NCBI GenBank assembly: GCA_009845995.1
Contig: VXYK01000039.1
Span: 2,640 to 66,639, forward strand
DNA from: Acidimicrobiaceae bacterium
GTDB lineage: Bacteria; Actinomycetota; Acidimicrobiia; Acidimicrobiales; Aldehydirespiratoraceae
DNA length: 64,000 nt
Reading direction: 5' to 3'
The notes beneath the pieces are model-generated. The model saw only the letters and a program-made list of their open reading frames with translations. It was not told where the DNA came from and ran no database searches. Every line of letters begins with the position of its first letter. Position 1 is the stretch's first letter. This document shows, in pieces, positions 8,691 to 17,169 of the stretch. The position numbers and the translations under genes are program-made.

Positions 8691-9887
8691 TCAGACGCCG
8701 AGGCGAAGGTCGTCGATGTCGCCACCGAGTTCGCCAAGGGCCTGAATTGCCTCATCAAGAGTTGACACACCGAAGACCCTCATATCTCCCGCTTTGGCCC
8801 GAGCAGCATCAACCAAGCCCGCCGGGACGATGAAGGCGACTGCCCCAGCGGACCGGGCCGCTACCGCTTTCTGGCCAACTCCACCGACATTGCCGACTAC
8901 CCCTCCCACAAAGATCTGGCCGGTGACTGCGATTCGCTGGTTCCCGGTGAGTTCACCCTCGGTCAACCAGTCGATGATGGTGAGCGTGAAAGCGAGTCCA
9001 GCCGAGGGTCCGCCGGTTGATCCAGTGTCAATTCTGACATCTATCCCCAGCGACAAGTCTTCGATCCGCGGGACGATCTCGCCAATGCCGATATAGGCGC
9101 CCTCAAGTCCCTGGGGGTGTTCACCCCAGACAATCGAAACATCTCGAGCTTCAAGTGTGTCTGCGTTCTCGACCGTCACAACACCGGTCTCCCCCGGTGT
9201 CTTGCGCGTCAGCTCATCGCGCAGCGACTGGAGCGAGCTGATCTCGACGCCGTCCACGGCGATGATGACATCGTCGACCGTCAACAGGCCGTCGACCGGG
9301 CCATCGGCGACGACAATATCGAACCCCACCCCGGTCTCGTTGACCGGCACCCCCAGATACTCCAAAGCAGCGGTAATCGCATCGTCTTTGGAGCGGTTCA
9401 TCATTTCAAGGTTGCGCGTCCGGTTCTCCTGAGGAGTTCGATCGCCCAGAATATGTTCCAAAGGCTGCAACTCGAAGTCCCCGTTGACCTCCGATTGAAT
9501 CCACTCGAACACCGAGACATCGAGGTCGACCGAAACGGTGGTGAATAGAAACTCGCCGTCGGGCCTGTACCTGAGGCGCCCGTTGATATCCACTCTGTCG
9601 CTGACCGATCGCGCCCACCCCGGCCTCGTAACGGCCGCTCCTTTGTCGACGAGCGCCTGGCCCGGAATGACCTGGCCCAACGTCTTGGCCGGAACCAGCA
9701 ACGAAGCTCCCACCAACACAATCACTGTCAGCAGCGCCCACAAGCCCCTCCGCAACCAGGGGCGCCTGCGCTTGCGGCGAGCGGGCACGGTTGGTCCGTC
9801 GGTCGGAGTCGAGCCCTCCATGTCCTGCGGTAGCATAGGAACGGACGTGCTCACCTCAGTCATCGTGCCAGTCATCGTGCCAGCCAT
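8691..9887 (-). CDS. Membrane-anchored PDZ domain plus Lon-like (S16) protease domain protein
   Basis: N-terminal TM (LWALLTVIVLVGASLLV), a PDZ-like segment, and C-terminal GGPSAGLAFTLTIIDWLTEGELTGNQRIAVTGQI (Lon protease catalytic-domain signature). Exact start uncertain. Confidence 0.75.
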   Translation of the reverse strand: MAGTMTGTMTEVSTSVPMLPQDMEGSTPTDGPTVPARRKRRRPWLRRGLWALLTVIVLVGASLLVPAKTLGQVIPGQALVDKGAAVTRPGWARSVSDRVDINGRLRYRPDGEFLFTTVSVDLDVSVFEWIQSEVNGDFELQPLEHILGDRTPQENRTRNLEMMNRSKDDAITAALEYLGVPVNETGVGFDIVVADGPVDGLLTVDDVIIAVDGVEISSLQSLRDELTRKTPGETGVVTVENADTLEARDVSIVWGEHPQGLEGAYIGIGEIVPRIEDLSLGIDVRIDTGSTGGPSAGLAFTLTIIDWLTEGELTGNQRIAVTGQIFVGGVVGNVGGVGQKAVAARSAGAVAFIVPAGLVDAARAKAGDMRVFGVSTLDEAIQALGELGGDIDDLRLGV

Positions 9888-10310
9888 CGTGTCAACGTTC
9901 GTCCTAGTGACGGGGGATCTTGTTGGTCGCGCCGTGCGACCGCAGTGGAGACTTCAGCCTGCCAAAGCCACAACCAAATATGACAGCGCGTACGGTCGGA
10001 CCCAACTGGACTCCATCCGTTTCTCCGTCTGGCTGGCCGCTTCAAACTATGGCAAAGAGCAGTCGAGTACCGGTCGCAACCAACCGTCGGAACTGGTCGC
10101 GAGCTCCCTGCGCGCCGTGGGGATCTTGCGGCGAACCGTGGAGCGACCAGTCGTAGGACCCAAGGCGTACGTTCGGCTCTGGCAGCGCTTGCGCTCGCTG
10201 ATTGTGCTCGGCGCAATCGTCGTCGGTTTGGGCATCGCTGTGGCTGTCGTGATCGGCGTGATCGTTGTCGGACTCGCGTTCTTGTTGGAGAACGCGATCT
10301 CCTGAGAGTC

Positions 10311-10934
10311 ATGACGGGGCTGAACGCGGTACAACGACGAAAAGACGCGGCGCTGGCCGGTTATCGCGGAGACATCGACACTGCCAGGGCTGCTCAGACC
10401 GACCCTGACCCGAAGGTGCGCATCGCCGCGCTTCGCTCGCTCGCGAGGATTGGTGCCACGAACAAAGAGCAGATCAAACAAGGGCAGATCACCCGAGCCC
10501 TGAACGACACCGAACCGGCAGTTCGGATCGCGGCGATCGAAATAGCGGCCAACCATCCACAACCGCCGCTTGAACACCTGCTTGATGACGGAGATTCGAT
10601 GGTGGTCGAAGCCACCGCTTGGGCACTCGGGGAACGGGAGACAGCCAGCGAGACGATCATCGACCGGCTGTCGCAAGTCGCGCGCGATCATCACGATCCG
10701 CTCGCTCGGGAGAGCGCCGTTGCCGCACTCGGGGCTATCGGAGACGACAGAGGCCTTCCTGCAATCCTCGACGCCACCCGCGACAAAGTGGCGGTGCGAC
10801 GCCGCGCGATCATCTCGCTGGCCGCGTTTGAAGGTGACGAAGTCTCCGCGGCCTACCAGCGAGCACGCCAGGATCGCGACCGCCAAGTCCGCGACGCGGT
10901 CGAAGAATTACTGGGACCCGACACAGAAGACTGA
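10311..10934 (+). CDS. HEAT-repeat protein
   Basis: Repeated D..VR.AA...L units: PKVRIAALRSLARIG, PAVRIAAIEIAANH, ARESAVAALGAIGDDRGLPAILDA, VAVRRRAIISLAAF. Confidence 0.6.
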   Translation: MTGLNAVQRRKDAALAGYRGDIDTARAAQTDPDPKVRIAALRSLARIGATNKEQIKQGQITRALNDTEPAVRIAAIEIAANHPQPPLEHLLDDGDSMVVEATAWALGERETASETIIDRLSQVARDHHDPLARESAVAALGAIGDDRGLPAILDATRDKVAVRRRAIISLAAFEGDEVSAAYQRARQDRDRQVRDAVEELLGPDTED

Positions 10935-10979
10935 TCGCTAAAGACCCGAAGAGCCCGGCCTGATCGGCACAGCCTGGTC

Positions 10980-12074
10980 TCAGCGATCTCGTCCGTCGGC
11001 GCTCCCGGCTTTCATGAACATCACCTGAACCGATTCGTAATGCTCGATCACCCGACCCGCCCCGAAGGCAACGGCTTCAAGCGGGGAATGCACCAACTGC
11101 ACTCGGACATTCGTCTCACGCGACAACCTCTGGTCCATGCCCCTCAACATTCCACCGCCACCCACCAAGTGAATACCCTGCACGATGAGGTCCTGCGCGA
11201 GTTCAGGCGGTGCTTGGGCAAGACATGAGAGCACCGAATCGACCATCGCGGCAACCGGCTCCTCGATCGCCCCGCGGATTTCCGTCGGCGTCAAAACGAT
11301 GGTCTTGGGCAACCCACTCATCATCTCGCGACCGCGTACCTCCGCGTTGACCTCGTTCGCCGTCGGCGCAGCAGAGCCCAAGACGATCTTGATGTCTTCC
11401 GCGGTACGTTCTCCGATCGCAATTCCGTACTGCCGCCGAACATAGGCCTGCACCGCGCTGTCGATGTCGAATGACCCGACCCGGACCGCCTCAAGCGCTA
11501 CAACTCCCCCAAGCGATAGCAACGCTGATTCCGTAGTGCCGCCACCGATATCAACGACCATGTTGCCAATCGGTTCATTGATCGGAAGGTCCGCGCCGAT
11601 TGCAGCCGCAACCGGTTGTTCAATGAGCTGCGCATCCGCGGCTCCCGCTCCTCTAGCTGCATCGGTTACGGCCCGCCGTTCCACCGCGGTAATCGCAGAA
11701 GGGACACAGATCACCACGCGAGGGCGATTGAGGCGGCTCACACCCACCTGATGCAGGAGAAGACGGATCATCCGCTGCGTCACGTCGAAATCGGTGATCG
11801 CGCCTTGGCGGAGCGGGCGCACTGCAATGATGTGGCTCGGTGTCCGCCCGATCATCTGCCATGCTTCGCGGCCGGTGGCGAGCACCTTCTTAGTGCGGCT
11901 GTTGACCGCGATGACGGACGGCTCGTTCAGGACGATGCCCTCCCCACGGGCGTAGACCAGCGTGTTCGCGGTGCCCAGGTCGATCGCTAGGTCACGTGCC
12001 AGAACTCGACTCCTCGCCAGAATCGGGATCAAACGGAACAATCCCGGTTGGTTGCTCAACCGTTGGTGAGCCAT
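10980..12074 (-). CDS. mreB: Rod-shape-determining actin homologue MreB
   Basis: DLAIDLGTANTLVYARGEGIVLNEPSVIAV, MVVDIGGGTTESALLSLGG, GIHLVGGGGMLRGMDQRL. About 25 aa N-terminal extension, so the start is uncertain. Confidence 0.85.
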   Translation of the reverse strand: MAHQRLSNQPGLFRLIPILARSRVLARDLAIDLGTANTLVYARGEGIVLNEPSVIAVNSRTKKVLATGREAWQMIGRTPSHIIAVRPLRQGAITDFDVTQRMIRLLLHQVGVSRLNRPRVVICVPSAITAVERRAVTDAARGAGAADAQLIEQPVAAAIGADLPINEPIGNMVVDIGGGTTESALLSLGGVVALEAVRVGSFDIDSAVQAYVRRQYGIAIGERTAEDIKIVLGSAAPTANEVNAEVRGREMMSGLPKTIVLTPTEIRGAIEEPVAAMVDSVLSCLAQAPPELAQDLIVQGIHLVGGGGMLRGMDQRLSRETNVRVQLVHSPLEAVAFGAGRVIEHYESVQVMFMKAGSADGRDR

Positions 12075-12209
12075 CGCGCGGCGCTAGCGCTCGCAAATGC
12101 TCACCGAACGTCGGGGGAGCCGTCGTGCGGGCGCGATGCCACAACCACAGGAGGAGGGAGCCTACGATCGCTACCGCACCAGCAACTACCAGAAACCCGA
12201 CGGCGCTGC

Positions 12210-12692
12210 TCATGAGTCCAGCTTTGTCAAATGTTGCGCCTCAAGCCCCCAGAACTCGCCGTCAGCCCAAACCTCTCGCTTCCAAATCGGAACGGTTGCT
12301 TTGAGAGTGTCGATTCCGAAGCGGGCCGCGGCGAAAGCCTCAGGACGGTGAGGCGACGAAGCAACCACCACGACCGACGACTCACCCAACCTCACCAGGC
12401 CCACTCGATGCAAGAGCACAATCCTCCCCAGAGCAGACCATCGCTGACGCATTTGCCCAGCAATCTCTTCCAGTTTCGGCACGACATAGCGATCATAAGC
12501 TTCGTATTCGAGCCGTTCAACGCAGTCTCGCCCTTCGGCATGATCTCTAGCCGTTCCACTGAACAAGACGACCGCACCGCAACTGGGGAGAACCGCCCAA
12601 TCAACGGCTTGTGCCACCGGAAGCGTCTCGTCGGTAAGTCCCAGCCACGTATCGGAGTCCGTTGGCGGTGCTAGCGTTACATGAGCAGGCAT
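12210..12692 (-). CDS. moaE: Molybdopterin synthase catalytic subunit MoaE
   Basis: GAVVLFSGTARDHAEGR..VERLEYEAYDRYVVPKLEEIA ... VVVASSPHRPEAFAAARFGIDTLKATVPIWKRE. Start set at ATG 12692 so that it does not overlap the upstream gene. Confidence 0.8.
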   Translation of the reverse strand: MPAHVTLAPPTDSDTWLGLTDETLPVAQAVDWAVLPSCGAVVLFSGTARDHAEGRDCVERLEYEAYDRYVVPKLEEIAGQMRQRWSALGRIVLLHRVGLVRLGESSVVVVASSPHRPEAFAAARFGIDTLKATVPIWKREVWADGEFWGLEAQHLTKLDS

Positions 12693-12724
12693 TCTGTAAT
12701 GGTACGACTCCAAGTCGGGGTCCG

Positions 12725-13795
12725 TCACGCTGCGGCGCGGCGGACTCGGCTCGACCTCTGGGCTACCCGACGCAACAACCACAACAAAACCCCGAGTCCT
12801 CCGATTACTCCCAGCGCCGCGATCGCCAAGGCCAGCTCTTGACGCCGACGCGCTGGAATCCAATCGCGTGGACCTGGATTGTGCGAAACAACCCATGCCT
12901 CCTCATTCGAGTAAGCCGGTTCCCAGCCCAGCGAGCGAAGGCGATCGCTGGCGATCACCCAAGAATGCGACGTGTAGGGCACCACACCGGGTGGTATGGG
13001 CGCCAGTCCCGCCCGCAAACGGACCGCGGCGAGACCTCGAGCCATCCACAACGGGACGCGCAACCTCGGCTTGGGTCCCTCAAGATCACGAAGCGCGTCC
13101 GGAGGAATCCAGCCATCGGGAGCAACATTCAGCGGACCGTCGGCACGACACTCGACCGCGGTTGTCACCGCGCTGACCAGGTCATCGATGTGGAGGTACT
13201 GAACGGGGGGGTCACCATCGGCGGCGACTCCAAGTCGCGCGTCGTGAAGCACACGGGCCAGTTGCCCTAGATCGTCGTCGGTCACGAGTGCCGTGGGACG
13301 CAGAACCGAAACTGCGGTCAACGGATGAACTGCTTTCCATTCAGCTGTCAGTTTTTCGATCTCCGCTCGTATCACAGCCCAGGAGAAGTCGGGATTGGGG
13401 CGCACTGGTGCGTCCTCGGTCAGCGGAATCGGGTTGGCGGTCCGAGCGCCATAGACCAGCGCCGTTGACAGGAGCACGATCTGATCGACCCGGCATTCCG
13501 CGGCCGCTTCAAGAACCCGCTCGGCTATCAGCAGGTCCAACTGATCAGCGACAGGATTCGTCTCGCCCGGAGTGCCGCGAGAACTTAGATGCACGACCGT
13601 ATCGGCACCACAGAATATGGATCTGAGGTCTGCGAACTCCAGATCAGCCTGCTTCTGTTCGACTCCCGGTGGTAGCGAGGGCAACGTCGTCTGGTCGACC
13701 GCGAGCACCGTGGGGCGCGGCTGCGCGCTCGAAAGCTGCGCCACGACCCGCGCTCCGACGTCGCTGGCCGCGCCTGTGACCACGATTTTGTTCAT
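12725..13795 (-). CDS. NAD-dependent epimerase/dehydratase (SDR-family) protein with a C-terminal TM helix
   Basis: MNKIVVTGAASDVGARVV Rossmann motif at the N-terminus and C-terminal LALAIAALGVIGGLGVLLWLL. Start taken at ATG 13795. Confidence 0.65.
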   Translation of the reverse strand: MNKIVVTGAASDVGARVVAQLSSAQPRPTVLAVDQTTLPSLPPGVEQKQADLEFADLRSIFCGADTVVHLSSRGTPGETNPVADQLDLLIAERVLEAAAECRVDQIVLLSTALVYGARTANPIPLTEDAPVRPNPDFSWAVIRAEIEKLTAEWKAVHPLTAVSVLRPTALVTDDDLGQLARVLHDARLGVAADGDPPVQYLHIDDLVSAVTTAVECRADGPLNVAPDGWIPPDALRDLEGPKPRLRVPLWMARGLAAVRLRAGLAPIPPGVVPYTSHSWVIASDRLRSLGWEPAYSNEEAWVVSHNPGPRDWIPARRRQELALAIAALGVIGGLGVLLWLLRRVAQRSSRVRRAAA

Positions 13796-13883
13796 AGCGC
13801 TCTGTTCATAAAGAACCACCCCTGATCACCGAGGCCACGCGAATAAGGGAGGATAGTCACCGTCACGCATCTACGATGCCCAA

Positions 13884-15068
13884 ATGAGCGACGATCTGCC
13901 ACCTGACGGCGAGTCGCTCGGCGCGTTTCTCGGTGAGATCATGAAGATGCTGTCCGGAGCGAGCGGCTCTTCACCCAACTCAGCCCGTGACCTCGCCCGC
14001 ACCATCGCCACCGGTGGCGAGTCGGAACCAAACATTGATCCCCGCGATCGGATCACGATCGAGGAGTTGGTTCGTGTCGCCGAGTTGCAGGTCCAGTCGG
14101 CGACGCAGCTAGCGGTAGCTCGCGGCTCAGCCCTGAGGGTGGATGTTGTCAACCGCACGCAGTGGGTCGACAGCACGATCGAGCACTATCGACCATTGCT
14201 CGGAGCCATCGCCTCATCGATATCGACCGGCTTGCCAACACCGGACGATCTTTCTGAAAACGACCCGATGAACCAGATGATGGCGGGGCTGTCTCAGATG
14301 CTCGAGTCGATGTTGCTGACCATGACCACCGGTTCGATGGTCGGTGAACTGGCGCGGATTGCTTTCGGGGGCTTTCACCTGCCGCTCCCGCGCCCAGAGA
14401 ACGCTCCGTTGCTGATTCTGCTTCCAAACGTTGACCGATTCTCCCAAGATTGGTCCCTCGACACCGACGACCTCCGGCTCTGGGTGTGCCTCCACGAGGC
14501 AACTCACCGGGCCGTGCTGGGAGTTCCTCATGTGAACGAACGCTTGAGTGACTTGTTGCAACGTCACGCCAGCGCCTTCGAACGCGATCCCGAGGCGCTG
14601 AGCGACCGCCTCGGGAACTTCGATCTGAGCGCAGGTCCAGAGGCGTTCGCAGAGTTGAACGAGACACTCAGCGATCCAGAAGTGATTTTTTGTGCGGTCC
14701 GTTCCCCCGCACAAGCAGCGCTCGAACCCGAGATCACCGCTCTGGTCGCGGCCATCACCGGCTACGTCGACTATGTGATGGATCAGACAGGAGGCAGCAT
14801 CATCGGGTCATACGACATGGTCACAGAAGCACTCCGTCGACGCAGGACCCAAGCCGACGCATTTGACCGGCTGGTTGAGCGGATCCTCGGCCTTGAACTT
14901 GACCAGAACCAATACGATCGCGGCACCGCATTCGTCGAAGGTGTCATTGAGAGAGCCGGGACTGCGGGACTCAACCGCCTCTTTGACGACCCCGCCCACC
15001 TTCCCACACCATCGGAAGTCGACGCGCCGGGACTGTGGCTGGCCAGGATCGACCTTCCGTCGGGTTAG
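13884..15068 (+). CDS. Zinc-dependent metalloprotease (DUF2342-like)
   Basis: HExxH in WVCLHEATHRAVLGVPHV. The size and overall pattern match the actinobacterial DUF2342 hydrolase family as I remember it. Confidence 0.65.
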   Translation: MSDDLPPDGESLGAFLGEIMKMLSGASGSSPNSARDLARTIATGGESEPNIDPRDRITIEELVRVAELQVQSATQLAVARGSALRVDVVNRTQWVDSTIEHYRPLLGAIASSISTGLPTPDDLSENDPMNQMMAGLSQMLESMLLTMTTGSMVGELARIAFGGFHLPLPRPENAPLLILLPNVDRFSQDWSLDTDDLRLWVCLHEATHRAVLGVPHVNERLSDLLQRHASAFERDPEALSDRLGNFDLSAGPEAFAELNETLSDPEVIFCAVRSPAQAALEPEITALVAAITGYVDYVMDQTGGSIIGSYDMVTEALRRRRTQADAFDRLVERILGLELDQNQYDRGTAFVEGVIERAGTAGLNRLFDDPAHLPTPSEVDAPGLWLARIDLPSG

Positions 15069-15100
15069 CCGGCTTGAGTCGGCTTGAGTCGGACGTCTAG

Positions 15101-16675
15101 CTAAAAGGGCGGAGGATCCTCTACTTCGTTTTGCTCGGTGGGCGACCCCGCGGGCGGGTTCGGGTCAACTTCTACACCGTCTATCGACGAGACATACGGC
15201 GTGCTCTGGTCCCATGACTTCGGTCTGGAATAGTCGCTTGTTCCTGCGGGAGGCGCCGGTTGAGAAGCACGGATCTCCTCTTCGAACTCCACCTCAGCGT
15301 CTGACCGTCCAGTTGTACGGTCGCGAACTGCGCGCTTGTCCGTCGAAACTCGTCGAAGCTTGAACAAACGTCCGGGATTGCCGAACACATAGACCAGCAA
15401 TGCAACCCCGCCAACCGCGCCGACCAAGCCAGCACCGACAGGAATACTCAACCGAATCACCACCGGCAACATCGCCCCCATGGCGAACGCAAGCTGAAAG
15501 CGCGCCTCGAACCGAGCGAAGGAACGCCCATGGTTGGCGACCGGCGCGTCCCGTTGAACCAGCGCGTCAAAAGCAAGCTTGCCGGTGCCGGCCGCCGCGG
15601 TAAGTGAGCACGCAAAGATGACCGTGCCGAACAGGCCCCCAGACAGAGCAGCAAAGATCGCTCCAGCCACGAGCACGGTGATCGCCCCAAGCAATATCTG
15701 CTCTTCGGTCAAGCGTCGACGCAACGTCGGCGCAAAACGCACACCACCGAGGGTCCCAACCACCGCAAACAGGCCCACGACCACAAAGTGCCATACCGGT
15801 GCTCGGGGATCGCCGGTTATGTCGATATCGCGCACCGTCGCCGTCGCCCCACCCAACGCGGCGCCTTCTGTGCTCACATCCAGACCATCCTTGCCACCCC
15901 TCAATTCGAACATCAACAGCATCGTCACAAACCCGACGATGCCTCTGACGATCATCATCGAGGTCGCAGCCAGAAGGATCTTTCGGTCCCTGAGCTCGGC
16001 GCGTTCGGACTGCTCGGGCGGAACCGCGGCAACAACAACCGACGGGATTCCCAGGGCCAGCAACGTGGCCAACACAAACCCCACGAGACCCACCGCCGCA
16101 GCCGCGGCAGGTCCGCCGAAAATGGTGAAGAATCCTGCCAGGCCCGCACCGATCGGACCCGAGATCGCGCTTATCAGCGCCAATCGGCTGTTGGCTCCCA
16201 CCAGATCCTCATCAGAGGTCACCAAAGGAGGAACCACCGCACTCTTGGCAACGGAGTAACTCTTCTGCAGCACCAGGACGCCGAATATCTCTGGGAACAG
16301 CAGCAGCGTGTCGACATGCTGAATTATCAACAGGGCGAGAACAGCCCGACCGATCGTCGTGACAATGATCATCATGCGACGTCCGCCGCGTATGCGGTCG
16401 ATGGCGGGACCGATAAGCGGTGTCACCACGGCAAAGGGAGCCATCGTCAACAGCAGGGCCAGCGCCACCCGTCCGCGCGACTCTTCGGGACTGATGGCGA
16501 AGAAGATCGAACCGGCCAAAGCAGCCGCGATAGCTCCATCCGAAGCGGCGCTCATCGCATGCAAACGCGCCAACCGCATGAACGGCGTGACAATCGCTTT
16601 TGGCGTGCCGTCCGACCCCGACTGGCGCGACCTCGAGCCGAAGGCAGCAAACGGTCGCGCTCTGTCGGTGTTCAC
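15101..16675 (-). CDS. MFS-type transporter (multi-pass membrane protein)
   Basis: About 12 hydrophobic segments and a hydrophilic Pro-rich C-terminal tail. Family assignment rests on topology only. Confidence 0.55.
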   Translation of the reverse strand: MNTDRARPFAAFGSRSRQSGSDGTPKAIVTPFMRLARLHAMSAASDGAIAAALAGSIFFAISPEESRGRVALALLLTMAPFAVVTPLIGPAIDRIRGGRRMMIIVTTIGRAVLALLIIQHVDTLLLFPEIFGVLVLQKSYSVAKSAVVPPLVTSDEDLVGANSRLALISAISGPIGAGLAGFFTIFGGPAAAAAVGLVGFVLATLLALGIPSVVVAAVPPEQSERAELRDRKILLAATSMMIVRGIVGFVTMLLMFELRGGKDGLDVSTEGAALGGATATVRDIDITGDPRAPVWHFVVVGLFAVVGTLGGVRFAPTLRRRLTEEQILLGAITVLVAGAIFAALSGGLFGTVIFACSLTAAAGTGKLAFDALVQRDAPVANHGRSFARFEARFQLAFAMGAMLPVVIRLSIPVGAGLVGAVGGVALLVYVFGNPGRLFKLRRVSTDKRAVRDRTTGRSDAEVEFEEEIRASQPAPPAGTSDYSRPKSWDQSTPYVSSIDGVEVDPNPPAGSPTEQNEVEDPPPF

Positions 16676-17169
16676 GCAAGCATTCTGAGCGAAGGAACGG
16701 CCCCTGTCACGGAATCAAGCAGCAAAACATCATGTTCGTAGGTCAACACCCGCCGTGCCGACAACAAATCGAACCAACCCAGGGCATCCACCTCAGAATT
16801 CGGCTCGAATTGCCCGTCGAGCACTTGCATCGTCCAATAAACAACAGCCTTGCGACGGCCGCGACCATCTCGATACCGAATCAGCGGCAAACGCTCAAGA
16901 CGTTTGCACCTGAATCCAGTCTCTTCGTGCACTTCCCGCCATGCGGCCTTTCCCAAAGTCTCACCCGCGTCGAGTTTGCCCTTGGGGAACGACCAGTCAC
17001 GATGAACGGGCCGATGGATCAACAGCACCTCTGTGACACCACGGTGCTCACGCAGCACCACGCCCCCGGCGGCCCACACCTCAATCTTGGGGTACTTGCG
17101 CGACAGTCGGTTGTGGAGATCACCCACGGGCCCTTCCCCTCGCGAACTCTTGGAGCGTTTCGTGGACAT
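16672..17169 (-). CDS. NUDIX hydrolase
   Basis: Nudix box GKLDAGETLGKAAWREVHEETG. An alternative GTG start at 17127 overlaps the ppk stop (GTGGGTGA). The 3' end overlaps the MFS start by 4 nt. Confidence 0.8.
   Translation of the reverse strand: MSTKRSKSSRGEGPVGDLHNRLSRKYPKIEVWAAGGVVLREHRGVTEVLLIHRPVHRDWSFPKGKLDAGETLGKAAWREVHEETGFRCKRLERLPLIRYRDGRGRRKAVVYWTMQVLDGQFEPNSEVDALGWFDLLSARRVLTYEHDVLLLDSVTGAVPSLRMLA

Noticed and set aside
9538-10305. 255 aa plus-strand ORF whose C-terminus looks like a TM helix (LIVLGAIVVGLGIAVAVVIGVIVVGLAF)
   Set aside because: Most of it overlaps the PDZ-Lon gene antisense. A short version from GTG 10117 (62 aa) could be a real small membrane protein, but I have no RBS or conservation evidence, so it is not listed as a feature.
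11992-12213. 73 aa minus-strand ORF with one TM helix overlapping the mreB 5' end
   Set aside because: It overlaps the annotated mreB start by 83 nt. It might be real if mreB starts further downstream, but I see no alternative mreB start codon, so I left it unannotated.
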